Source: Candidatus Bathyarchaeota archaeon (GTDB taxonomy: Archaea > Thermoproteota > Bathyarchaeia > Bathyarchaeales > Bathycorpusculaceae). From it: a stretch of DNA of 38,807 bases. The notes beneath the pieces are model-generated. The model was given only the letters and a program-made list of their open reading frames with translations, did no database searches and was not told the DNA's origin. Both the position numbers and the translations under genes were made by a program. Positions 1-9,742 of the stretch are shown one piece after another; the stretch's first letter is position 1; the number at the start of each line of letters is the position of its first letter. Where the stretch lies: the NCBI GenBank assembly GCA_963775895.1, contig CAVZKL010000007.1, positions 1 through 38,807 on the forward strand, written 5' to 3'.

Positions 1-24
1 GTTCAGGTACAAACGCTTCTTTCA

Positions 25-600
25 TCATATGGTACCCATATAGGCCATCACAAATATGATTGCGATCTGGAATACCGTCTGGCTGCCAGCGAAGTAGAAG
101 TTTCTCATGCCAAGTTTCACAATCTTCTCTGTGTCTGGGCTTGGCTTCCTGAGCTCGAGAAAGACGCGAACCTCGTTGGGCAGTATCAGAACAAAGCCTT
201 GGACCGATAAGATGACCACGATGATAAAGGCCGCAATTATTGGTGTGGAGAAGAAACTCCAACCCAGACTGATCGCTAGGTAAACGCCGGCAGTTATGGC
301 TACCGAAGCCAACGCAGGCATGAAGAACAACATGATCGGCACGAGTTTTTTTATGACCTCAACACGGCTTTGAGTGGAGAGACCACCCAGCACTCGGCTC
401 ATGACCAGCCCCATAAACAGGTCTATGCCAGTCCAAGTTCCGCCGGTGAGCACATGAACATAAGTCAGGAGAAGAAGGCTTCTGCTCAACAGCGCCACGA
501 TCAGTGCAACCACGGGGACAGCCAAAGTCAGAATTGAGGTGGGTCCCATGATCCCGCCAACTTTGCTGGCTGAAAGCCTTGTGCTTTGAGATTGTGTCAC
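25..600 (-). CDS. Multi-pass membrane protein (DUF2269/CopD-like, HV..G..W.G motif)
   Basis: About 5 hydrophobic segments with YVHVLTGGTWTG. GTG at 600 is preceded by GGAG. The ORF track start at 636 is probably too long. Confidence 0.65.
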   Translation of the reverse strand: MTQSQSTRLSASKVGGIMGPTSILTLAVPVVALIVALLSRSLLLLTYVHVLTGGTWTGIDLFMGLVMSRVLGGLSTQSRVEVIKKLVPIMLFFMPALASVAITAGVYLAISLGWSFFSTPIIAAFIIVVILSVQGFVLILPNEVRVFLELRKPSPDTEKIVKLGMRNFYFAGSQTVFQIAIIFVMAYMGTI

Positions 601-802
601 AGGCTTTTCTCTCCACGTGCTATAGTTGCGAGGCACATGATACTAACAGCACGCGTTACTGCGGCATGATTCGTTTGCATTTGCACGTTATTTCGTCTCC
701 AAAACTTTCTTAATTGCTACGACCCAAATAAGGACCTAAGGACTTTTTGCTATAGTACCAGAATACATATACCGAGGCTAACGCGCACGATTTGTCTCGT
801 TT

Positions 803-1657
803 TTATACCTTGCCTTTTGCAACGAAGATTGCGAGATGGGCAAGACGATGACGCTTAACCTTGCGGAAGTAACGGGATAACAAAGATTCAGCAAATGCGT
901 AGTCAAGTTTGGTCTTATCCTCTTCCAAGACTTCGTGTTCCACTTTCTCAACAAATTCCCCCATCGTTAGAGGGTAATTGTCCTTATTCGGATGAGAATA
1001 AGGAACGATGAACGCGAGACTTCCATCCTTCTTCAAAACGCGGTGTAACTCTTTCAGGGCTCGGTGGACATTTTCGGGTTCGCCATGCACTCTCACGGCG
1101 TCAACAAAGTTATCCTTTAGGGATATGTTTTCAACGGGGGTATCAAGAACAATGAGGTTTGCGCATTCGATGCTCAGCTTCACGGACTGGGGCTTGACCA
1201 AGTAGATTTTTCCATCCTCAAGCACGTTGCCTAAGGATGATATCATCCAATCATAGAAGACTTTGGGTGCAACCACCAAGATTGTGTCGCCTCTGCCCAC
1301 TTGCGAATCGAGCAAGCGTTGCAGTTTTCGAATGGCACTCTTCTCAGGAGGAAGTTTCGCCAAATATTGCATGTACTTGACATGAATGGTTTTGACTGCT
1401 TCCTTCAGCTCTTGATCCAGTTTCTTCGAACCTTTCTTGCCCAGCCTGTATACCTTCCTTTCCGGTCCGAGGGCGCTTTTCATTCGGGTGCCCTCCAGAT
1501 AGCCCTCTGTCTCCATCTCAGCGAGCACTCTGTAGAGGTAGCTAATGTTCGGCCTGAAGCCTCTGGATGCCAGTTGCTTTTGGACTTCATAGCCGTGCAT
1601 TTCTGCGGTGTTAAGCATCTCTACAATCGTCTTCTTCAGATCGTCTTTGTGCATCAA
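803..1657 (-). CDS. PadR-family wHTH regulator fused to a degenerate class I methyltransferase-like domain
   Basis: N-term EMHGYEVQKQL..ISYLYRVLAEMETEGYL..GPERKVYRL is PadR-like. C-term LKDNFVDAV..RALKELHRVLKKDGSL is the MTase motif II/post-II pattern, but there is no clear GxGxG. Confidence 0.75.
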   Translation of the reverse strand: MMHKDDLKKTIVEMLNTAEMHGYEVQKQLASRGFRPNISYLYRVLAEMETEGYLEGTRMKSALGPERKVYRLGKKGSKKLDQELKEAVKTIHVKYMQYLAKLPPEKSAIRKLQRLLDSQVGRGDTILVVAPKVFYDWMISSLGNVLEDGKIYLVKPQSVKLSIECANLIVLDTPVENISLKDNFVDAVRVHGEPENVHRALKELHRVLKKDGSLAFIVPYSHPNKDNYPLTMGEFVEKVEHEVLEEDKTKLDYAFAESLLSRYFRKVKRHRLAHLAIFVAKGKV

Positions 1658-1681
1658 AGAAACCAGCTATTCGAAAATCAG

Positions 1682-1691
1682 TACTATAGTA
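1682..1691. promoter_or_regulatory. Palindrome TACTATAGTA, putative PadR-fusion operator
   Basis: Perfect 10-bp palindrome in the divergent gap. The core CTATAGT recurs at 750-756 and 620-626. Confidence 0.4.
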
Positions 1692-1771
1692 ACATCGTCT
1701 TAGACATTTATAGGTTCCTGAGCCTTCAATCCTCAAAGCTAAACACAAAACAGAAGGGGAGGTGAAACAGA

Positions 1772-2585
1772 ATGAGCAAAAACGTACGCAACTATGCTGC
1801 GCTACTCCTTACGATTATCTTAGCAGTATCAGTAGGCAGCGTCGCCATGTTCACAATTCGTGCACAGAGTACTTCAGCATCTTCGGATCCCTCCCCAACT
1901 ATCACGCTCACCCCACCCGCCGGACCTGTACACACACCAATCACCGTCAAAGGAATCGGTTTCAAATCTGGAGCTACAGTGAATCTAACCTGGTTCGGAT
2001 TCATTCTTGACGTTCCAGGCATCACGGGGCATTTGGGCAACTATCCCATAAAGACTGGGATAACAGTCCCCTTAAGCGGAAACTTCAGCACCACAATCTT
2101 TGCACCATATGACTTCTCTGATATCGCTCACTTCGTTAACGCAACCCAGAACGGCGTTGGAACAGGCATAATAAACGCCACCTTCACCATCATGCCGACT
2201 CTGCAGCTGAGCCCTCAGAAAACCGTCTACAAAGATGGTGACCAAATACTCCTTCAAGATATATGGAGGGCCACTTGGAACAGCCGCGTTCGCAATGGGG
2301 CTTAACCCCATGAACGAAGTAGACGTACTCAAGTTCACCTATGACAACAACCTTTGGGGATTTGCGACATCGCACCTGCAGACTGAAGGACCCGTAGTGA
2401 CAGGAGGCTTCACAGGAGGAGACATCGGAGGTAACATAACGATAAGTTTCAAAGCAGTCGGATCAATGGGCTATCATGACATTAGAGGATACTTAGGGAC
2501 AAAGGACAATCCGCCAGTGCCATATCTACCATGCACAATAGGAGGCGAAGTCGAGTTCTACATCTGGGGTCCAACACAACCCTAG
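1772..2585 (+). CDS. Secreted/surface protein with beta-rich Ig-like domain (one frameshift near 2252)
   Basis: Signal peptide, then PTITLTPPAGPVHTPITVKGIGFKSGATVNLTW (IPT/Ig-like). ORFs 1772-2305 and 2235-2585 join if one C is removed at ctccttcaag. GGAGGTGA RBS upstream and pyrimidine tract at about 2606-2624. Confidence 0.65.
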
Positions 2586-2846
2586 CCATGCAAGAATGAT
2601 TCAAACTTTTCCCTCTTCTTTTCTCGGGTATTTGTAAGTTCTCTCCGTAAGCTTGCATCAATTAGAATATCAGTTTCCAGTCAATAGCGCGCGTCTATTT
2701 TCGTTTTCTGAATAGCATTGTTTCATTATGACTGCACACGAACTCAAAACCTGCTTCAATTAGCTTCTTTGCCTCATCCACATTACTGGCCAATGCTGAG
2801 CAGTATTCATCGCGTGCGAGTTGCTTAGACCTGAACCCACATAGAA

Positions 2847-2940
2847 GTGGGCCGGACCGGACTCGAACCGACGACCTTCTGTCCTTTCACTGCGTTCAAG
2901 GACTCCGCTTCGCTCAGCACGTCCAGCAGATGTCCTAACC
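2847..2940 (-). pseudogene. Degenerate tRNA-Val 3' fragment (old att relic) interrupted by a 36-bp hairpin insertion
   Basis: gtgggccggaccggactcgaaccgacgaccttctg [36 nt, 2882-2917] cacgtccagcagatgtccta matches the tRNA at 13739-13793 with 2 substitutions. No 5' acceptor strand and no CCA. Confidence 0.85.
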
Positions 2941-3003
2941 ATTTTACATCATCTTGCGGGCGCACCCCTGCGCTGTAGAATAAAAACGGTGCATTGAATC
3001 GTC

Positions 3004-3602
3004 TTAAGTGCTGCCGATTTTGACAAGTAGATATTTGAAAGCGCCATACGAGGTTTCAGCAATTCGAGAGTAGTTTCGCCAATTGAAATTGTAGGCACCT
3101 CTGATGAGGATGGGCTCTTCCCTTCCGTGAGTTGTACCTTTTGAGGCTTTGTTCCCCACCGCAACTCTCCTGTTGCATTCCTCCCTTGATGAATCCTGAA
3201 ACTTGCGTCGACTGTTTGGCTGTTTATCGGTTCTTTCCAATAAGCGCTGTCGTTGGTGAGAAAAATTGCGTAAGCGATGATTCTGTTAGTAGAAAGGACT
3301 CTTTCGAGTCTCTGAATGTCTTTTAGGTAATCATATCTCGCTAGGTCTTGGGCACTCTGGTCCAAGAGATGAAAGTCCTCGCCTCCAACCGTTACCTCAA
3401 GTCCTCGAGTCTTGTATTTGAGCTCGATTGCCAATACTGTCTCTTTGTCTGCTGCCCAAATATCCAAATAAACACGTTCTTTAGAATGTGGAGGCTTGAA
3501 TTCCAAGCGCATTGAACATTCTGGCCATTCATGATGTATTTGCCAAGCCAATGCGTGCTGAAAGTCAGCTTCTGAGTGGAAGACTGGTCTCTTGCTGGCC
3601 AA
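3004..3602 (-). CDS. Putative PD-(D/E)XK restriction-endonuclease-like protein (frameshift near 3150)
   Basis: FHSEADFQHALAW..YLDIW..AIELKYKT..YDYLKDIQRLE pattern. The C-terminus continues in the 3004-3240 frame (ASKGTTHGREEPI..FKYLLVKI). The start may be about 10 codons further upstream. Confidence 0.6.
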
Positions 3603-3852
3603 TTGAGTCAGAACTCTGTTGACGTCAACTATTGGCGTAGGAAGACCTCGTCATAAAGAATCTTTGAAACAACAGACGATTTATGCATTGCCCGCTGTCT
3701 ACACTGAAGAATAAAAACGTTGCATACCACATATGACTGGCAGTTTTCTATATCACGAGGCATTAATAGCGCGCGCTGTTGTATTAAACAGAATCAACCC
3801 TTCAGGAGTGACTTTTCTAAAAAAAGAGAAGTATATGGATTTTTGGCGAGAC

Positions 3853-4101
3853 TTACTTTTTCTTTGCTGGTTTTTCAAATGTCTCGTAGGCTTTTGCAGC
3901 TTTTGGGTCTAGTGGTTTAAGTTCGGTTATACACCATCGCCTTATCTCGACAGTCATCGTTCCTTCCTTTACTTTACTTGCAAGGTTGTCGGCAACCTTT
4001 GTTGCGTGTTCCTCTTTGGCTCCAGCTTTCTTAACAGAAGCTTTAAGTTTTGCCTTATCGAAATCCTGCGTAGCTCCAGAATGTTTCTTCACTTTAACCA
4101 A
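3853..4101 (-). CDS. Stand-alone ATP-cone domain protein
   Basis: VKVKKHSGATQDFDKAKLKASVKKAG..TVEIRRWCITEL fits the ATP-cone consensus. TTG start follows GGTG. Confidence 0.75.
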   Translation of the reverse strand: MVKVKKHSGATQDFDKAKLKASVKKAGAKEEHATKVADNLASKVKEGTMTVEIRRWCITELKPLDPKAAKAYETFEKPAKKK

Positions 4102-4320
4102 AAAAACACCACAAGCATACATTGTAGATGCCAATTTAAAGTTTTTGGCGGTTCTTCAACTAATTCGTTCATACCTCAAACCTACCTCGCGTGCGCTCTT
4201 GCCAAATGGCAACTTCATGGACCTGACGCAATCAGATGGGTGCACGAACAATGTAGTAATTGTCTCTCAATAGCTACATTGTTTTAGTAGCACCGGCGAC
4301 CAAAGATGCCCTGCTTTGTT

Positions 4321-4369
4321 TTGGTGGGCCAGACCGGACTCGAACCGGCGACCTTCTGCACGTCAAGCA
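4321..4369 (+). repeat. att site: copy of the tRNA-Val 3' half
   Basis: ttggtgggccagaccggactcgaaccggcgaccttctgcacgtcaagca matches 13736-13784 except A4331 versus G. Confidence 0.93.
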
Positions 4370-5100
4370 TCAAAAGACCCTTATTTCGCAAAATGCAGCC
4401 TAAAGAGATTGACGATTTGTTAGAAAAATTCCGTGACTTTGTACTTGTAGACCTGAGACGTGAAAAGAAAACAACTCATGACCATGTCTATTATACCCGC
4501 AAATTCTTAGAACACTTTTCAAAACCTGTTGTCATGATGACAGTTGAAGACGTTCGAGCATATTTTAGAAGTCTGAATAGTGCAAGTTGCCACACCTACA
4601 AGAACACTCTGAGCGCCTTGAAAGTTTTCTTCCGAGACTTCTTAGCCAAGCCCCAATTAATTGAGAGCTTCAAATTTCCAAGACCACCGTTTAAGCCAAA
4701 GCATATTGTGGCAAAAGAGCAGCTTCAAACGTTCTTTAAATCCCTTGAACTACCCAAGGAGAAGGCGTTGTTTCTGCTCTATGCAACAAGTGGGTTGAGA
4801 CGCAATGAAGTCATTTACCTGAAGCCTGAAAACGTGGATTTCAATGGTCGAATGATTACGCCTTGCGTTCATGAGGGCGATACTAAGAAGTCTTGGGTGA
4901 GCTTCTTCAATGTAGAAGCTGAGAAAGCTTTGAATGAATACTTGACTTCTAAGAGACCTTCAGTAAGTCCAAGAGTTTTTCCGATGCCCAGAAGTGAAGA
5001 AAGAGAGCTGTGGAAAACTGCAAAAGACAAGACCAAAATGAACATTACACCTCAACGTCTACGGGAATGGTTTTGCTGTGAAATGGCTCTGCTGGGAGTC

Positions 5101-5174
5101 AATGACCGTTATATTGATGCATACTGTGGAAGAACACAATGACCGTTATATTGATGCATACTGTGGAAGAACAC
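5101..5174 (+). repeat. Exact 37-bp tandem duplication
   Basis: aatgaccgttatattgatgcatactgtggaagaacac occurs at 5101-5137 and 5138-5174. Confidence 0.95.
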
Positions 5175-5268
5175 CAAAGACTATCCTCGCAAGAAATTAC
5201 ACCGACTACTCTCCTGAGAGATTAAAACAGATCTATGAGAAGGCAAATCTCTCGGTGTTGACTTGACA

Positions 5269-5370
5269 CCGAAAGCAAAAACTGTTGATGAAGCAGCGAA
5301 GCTAGTAGAGCAGGGTTTTGAATTCGTTACTGATGTCGATGGAGTGAAGCTGTTCAGAAAGCGAAAGTAG
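5269..5370 (+). pseudogene. Orphan C-terminal tail resembling a second type of archaeal tyrosine recombinase
   Basis: Reads PKAKTVDEAAKLVEQGFEFVTDVDGVKLFRKRK*. I recall this tail from Bathyarchaeia-type integrases; not verified by search. Confidence 0.5.
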
Positions 5371-5383
5371 TTTCCGAATGCTC

Positions 5384-5413
5384 TAGCGCGGGCTAAACTA
5401 CAAGCGCGCGCTA
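5384..5413. repeat. Tandem pair of TAGCGCGCGCTA-like palindromes
   Basis: tagcgcgggcta (5384-5395) and aagcgcgcgcta (5402-5413). Confidence 0.75.
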
Positions 5414-5458
5414 CCAATGATTGGATATAGTAGGCATGAGAGTTTTGTGGGAATGTTT

Positions 5459-6096
5459 CTAAGCAGGGTCTATCAACAAAAGTCTTGTTCCAGTGACGGC
5501 AGAACCTCCAAGGAATCCTGCTACAGGTCCTAGCCATATAGAAAAAGCTCCGATTGTAGCAATCCAGTTTGCAAAATCGATAGCGTTTTTGAGACCCCGC
5601 ACGGTCTTCCGCCATTCCTCAGGAGCAATATCTTCCAGATTAATTAGAGGAATAGCGTCCAACTTCTCGAAAATCTTGAAACTCTTCTTGAGGCGCGAGA
5701 GAATAGTTGACTGGGTAGCCAAAAAACGAATTCGTCTAGTAGAATGTCCCTAATTGAAGCGGGCACAACATGTTCTTCGAATTTTCTTCTGAGGTTCTCA
5801 AAGCCATTATGAAGCGGTTCAGGTATCTTCTCAAAATGCTCTTCCCAATTGAACAATTGAAAATTCTCTTTGGTTTTTTTTATCACGTTTTGCGAGCTGA
5901 GCATTTGCCGTTCTCTGATATAAACACCGTAGAATTCACCAAGCTCATGATCGTTAATTCTTTGAAGACTCATTGGGACGTAGACTATGGGAAACAACTT
6001 TTTCAAGGTCTCCGAAGAGTCCCAGAATTCGCGATGAACTAGTAGGGATGGGTCGATCATTAGGGGCCTAAGTCTTTTCTCAAACAGATTCTCCAT
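5459..6096 (-). CDS. Hypothetical protein, PIN-like N-terminal domain plus hydrophobic Gly-rich C-terminus (frameshift at A-run 5721-5726)
   Basis: LMIDPSLL..IVYVPMSL..ILLDEFVF|LATQSTILSR. The two ORFs join at a homopolymer. Confidence 0.5.
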
Positions 6097-6974
6097 GTTC
6101 TTGCCTTCCGATTCATTAGATTCATTGAAGTCACACTTTACTTATGATTTTCCTAAGGTAGTGGTTTCTTAATTGAAGGGCACGCGCGAACATGGTACAT
6201 TTTCTGGGGAGAAAGTCTTAAACAATTTGTTACTTGACATGAATTGAACCGCTTTTCGTGAGAAAGACTTGCTTTCATCATGTCATTTGTGGTTATTATT
6301 GTCTACGTTGAACATGTTCTAACTCGCGCATTATGACTTTAATTCAACAATGTTGTAAAAAGGATTTAAATAAGCAGACACTAGATACAGCGCTCGCCTT
6401 AGTCATGGAAACACTATGAAAGAGAAGCAAGCCGTACCAGTTTGCACTAGTACAGCTTACCTCCCAAACACGCGTAAACTGCTATTGCAGTATTCGGGAT
6501 TTAAGCTTTACTTGTTCGCGCTTGTTGGGCTTCTTCTTTTTCAGTGGTCCATGCAGAAGGTGATCGTAAGAAATGTCAGTGAGTGTCAAAGTGCTCGCCT
6601 ACACCTTTCCAACAGTGTGCATAGTGATGGGAGTGTTGCTGCTTTTTTCTGACAAGTCAGCAGAAGGCGGCGGGCTCATAGCTCTCGGGGCGCTCTTCCA
6701 AGGTCTCTACCTAGCAGTACGTTACAGAAAGTAGCGAGCTGAATAGGCAAAACAACCCCCTCTCTTTTTCTATTGAGCTTTTAGAACCACTGGCAAGTAA
6801 TGAAGTTCGCGTGCACGTCACAATATGTGTTTGCGCCGTTGAACAAAAGGTCTTGCAGGAATTTGTTGGATACGTAAAATGTTCAATAGCACATGCTTGA
6901 GACAGAATTCTATTGTAGCGACACTGAAACAGATGAGAAGAGAAAATAGACAGGACGTTCTCTATTAGATCGAT

Positions 6975-7199
6975 GTGAACGAATTGAATGTTGGAGCTTG
7001 GGTTCTGATTCCCCTTCCTTTGCCTGGGCAATACTTGACCTGCCCAAGTTGCAGAAGACAAGTTCCATCAGCTTCAACATACTGTAATTTTTGCGGGGCA
7101 TTGCTACGAACCAAACTGGTATTAAAAATCTGCCCTAACTGCAACAACAGAATTCTAGTCTCAGCACGTTTTTGCCCAGAATGCGGCCACAAACAATGA
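6975..7199 (+). CDS. Double zinc-ribbon protein
   Basis: Four CxxC motifs (CPSC, CNFC, CPNC, CPEC). Confidence 0.75.
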   Translation: MNELNVGAWVLIPLPLPGQYLTCPSCRRQVPSASTYCNFCGALLRTKLVLKICPNCNNRILVSARFCPECGHKQ

Positions 7200-7318
7200 C
7201 CTGAGCACACAAACGTGCGCGCTAACTTGTATTGGCAACCGCATTGAAGAAGAGAATAACTACGGAAACTGAAATCTGTTTTGAAAAATGCTCATAGAAT
7301 GCTGATGCTCGCACGCGC

Positions 7319-7816
7319 CTATTTCTTTGGAATCGGTGAATAAGGAGGAAAAACTCCACCATACTTTTCTAAAAGAAAAACAGACTTTACCATAGCTTTG
7401 TGGACAGCAAAGACAGTATTCATCAAGTTCTGTTTCGTTAAGTTGTCATAGAAAATACGGTTTGAAGAGACAAATAGCTCCTTGAAATCATGGGGAGGCT
7501 TTGGACTGATTTGAAATTCACCAAGCTGACTATCATTCAGCAACGTGAATTGTAAATCCCAATAGTACGCTATCCTTTTTGAATCATCCATAATATTCTT
7601 GTGAAGATTGAGTTGGTCGTTTCCAAGAGTCCACTTGGTTCCGATCACAAAACTGTCAACGAAGTGTACGCTTTGTACCACGTTTAACCATAGATCCACT
7701 GATTTTATCTTAAAGTTGAAGTAAGCATTCGGATCAACGATTTCTTCTGGAGCTAGTGATTCCTCTTTTAGCCAAAGTAGAATCTTATCCCTATTTTCCT
7801 TAATCTTTACACTCAA
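7319..7816 (-). CDS. DUF2299-like (YbjN/chaperone-like fold) protein
   Basis: KILLWLKEE..DPNAYFNF..RIFYDNLTKQNLMNTV pattern. GAGG RBS. Confidence 0.6.
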   Translation of the reverse strand: MSVKIKENRDKILLWLKEESLAPEEIVDPNAYFNFKIKSVDLWLNVVQSVHFVDSFVIGTKWTLGNDQLNLHKNIMDDSKRIAYYWDLQFTLLNDSQLGEFQISPKPPHDFKELFVSSNRIFYDNLTKQNLMNTVFAVHKAMVKSVFLLEKYGGVFPPYSPIPKK

Positions 7817-7822
7817 AATCCC

Positions 7823-8737
7823 TCATCCTCGTTCTATTTTAAAATCATCAAAATCCTCTACGGTAACAAAGAAAGTCCAAATGTTCTTTGGATACCTCTG
7901 TGCCGTTAGTCCAATTTCAACTTCAAACTTCAATGTTTGACCGCTACTGAACACGCTACCTGCATGGGCTGTTTCGATATCTGTGCAAAGGAATACGCTA
8001 GGCAAATCTTTGATCATATAGAAAATGAGCAAGTCCTTTTCATCCCCCTCATGCAAGTCAACCGTAGTGTTCCTGAGATACTTATTCAAGCCAAGATGCT
8101 TGACAGGATAAATTTCGTCAAACTTGTTTTGCTGGATCTCCCGCTTGATTGCCACGGAAAACCAATTCAAATATCCCCAATCAACAAAATTGGTCGGACG
8201 TACCTGTCCATACATCTCAATAATTCTCACTCTAACTTGTGCCCGACAATTTAACGCATCCCCACTTACGCAGTGGACGCGGATTACTCCAAACTTTGCT
8301 ATTAGTTCATTCAGCGGTTGATCTATCGGACCTTTTGCTACTTCGAGTTTTTGAGAAATCTCAAGCAGATTGTATTCAGCAGTGCTAGCTCCGACATTGG
8401 TAGCCGTAGCTGTCTTTTTTCCATTTCTAAGGTTTTTGACTTCTACTTTTAGCGGAAGCTGATAGCCCTTATAATGAGGCAACGGTCTGAAGTCGAGTAC
8501 TGCTGGTGATTGAAGAAGATTAATCACTTCAACCTTTTGTGGTTCTGCCTTTCCTTTAAGTGCCGCTTCTATTCGATCCCTAAAGCTCCAAAGTAAAACA
8601 CCAACGATCGCACTAAGAATTGCGGGAGTGAGCCACGCACTTACGTCAGTAATAGAAATCACTCCTTGCCAAAGTCCAACTCCGAGCAAAATTGCGAGAA
8701 CTACCGCAACTATTATTGCCGCAATCTCGTGTTTCAC
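7823..8737 (-). CDS. Hypothetical protein with two N-terminal TM helices
   Basis: About 304-aa ORF with two hydrophobic helices followed by a soluble beta-rich region. GTG at 8737 is preferred over 8785. Confidence 0.6.
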   Translation of the reverse strand: MKHEIAAIIVAVVLAILLGVGLWQGVISITDVSAWLTPAILSAIVGVLLWSFRDRIEAALKGKAEPQKVEVINLLQSPAVLDFRPLPHYKGYQLPLKVEVKNLRNGKKTATATNVGASTAEYNLLEISQKLEVAKGPIDQPLNELIAKFGVIRVHCVSGDALNCRAQVRVRIIEMYGQVRPTNFVDWGYLNWFSVAIKREIQQNKFDEIYPVKHLGLNKYLRNTTVDLHEGDEKDLLIFYMIKDLPSVFLCTDIETAHAGSVFSSGQTLKFEVEIGLTAQRYPKNIWTFFVTVEDFDDFKIERG

Positions 8738-9063
8738 TTTGGGTCGAATACATGTAGAATACTTTGCAAATATTAGATTTGCCAAAAACCTGCAATGACA
8801 GATGAGTTAAGGATACCCTGCTTGGTGTTATTGATAAGCGGATGGAATTGTTTAGACCAAGAGCGACCTAATCAGAAATAACGTGGAATATTGAGAGGAT
8901 TTGAAATGTCAGAAAGCTTCAACAATACGCCATTTCTCAAGCGTAGTTGACAGGACAATGCCGACATTCACTTTTTCTATACTCATTTTCTCATCATCTC
9001 CATTTTTCAAAACTTGTTGAGAGCAGGCAGCTCCTGCTCCCTATAGAAACACAACCCAAAACA

Positions 9064-9742
9064 TCATCGTGACCATGCCTCTCTCAACTTTCGCTCTCTG
9101 ACCTGCGTGAATTCATTCAATCTTTCTATGAGCTGCAAAGTCTTTGACAGAGAAGGCTCAGGCAAACGGTTGTTCCAATTGTCATAGCCTACAGAGACTT
9201 GAATCGGTGCTATCTCTTCAATCCATTTGGCAAATATCTCAAGATCAAAATCCATTATGGGCTCAATAGAGATGAACTTTCGGTCATACTGCAAATCAAT
9301 CATTGCTTTTGCTCTTTCAGCCACCGGCGGAGCTTTCGAGAAGTCATTTGACCTGTTGGTCTCTATTGTCGCTCCCAAAACAATGTTGTTTCGACACAGA
9401 TGAACGAATTCTTTGTATCTACTAGGGTTTTTTGTCAAAAACAGAAAGTCGCTTGATGGGACTTTGCCTCGTTGCGTCTATGACTTTCAGTATCCATTCT
9501 TTAGGTGTCCACTCGCCGAAGAGATCGCCCATGTCTGAGACAAAGACAAACTGGTTTCTGAAACGCTTGCTCAGCTCATTTTCTGCGAGTTTCGGCGCAA
9601 ACCCGTTTTTGTACTTTTCAGTGTTACTAAGTCTCTCAAGAGCGAATCTCTTCGCCCAGCAGTAGCTACAGCTGTGTAGACAGCCGATGACAGGGTTCCA
9701 AGTTTTCCATTTGCCGTCGATTTTGTCAGACATGCTTGCCAA
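9064..9742 (-). CDS. DUF5131 / phage Gp37-Gp68 family radical-SAM-like protein (frameshift near 9455)
   Basis: TWNPVIGCLHSCSYCWA (CxxxCxxC), FVSDMGDLF, FLFLTKNP, LGATIETN, FISIEPI. Confidence 0.8.

Larger units (their letters stand above)
4321..5266 (+). pseudogene. intC: C-terminal catalytic part of a tyrosine integrase, frameshifted by a 37-bp duplication
   Basis: Begins with att-encoded LVGQTGLEPATFCTSS. SAM-like region, then LYATSGLRRNE, TPQRLREWF, IDAYCGR and RNYTDY (catalytic Tyr lies in the second frame, 5078-5266). Confidence 0.88.

Noticed and set aside
2847-2940. Functional intron-containing tRNA
   Set aside because: Lacks the 5' acceptor strand and CCA, has a mutated anticodon loop and T-stem, and no convincing bulge-helix-bulge was seen.
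4321-4369. Trans-spliced split-tRNA half
   Set aside because: Fully explained as an att duplicate fused to intC. An intact tRNA-Val is present and no complementary leader was seen.
5101-5174. CRISPR repeat (37-bp unit)
   Set aside because: Two abutting copies with no spacer, inside a coding region. No array or cas gene is present in the window.
6200-6960. ORFs 6416-6652 and 6711-7061
   Set aside because: No recognisable motifs or RBS. Probably decayed or non-coding sequence.
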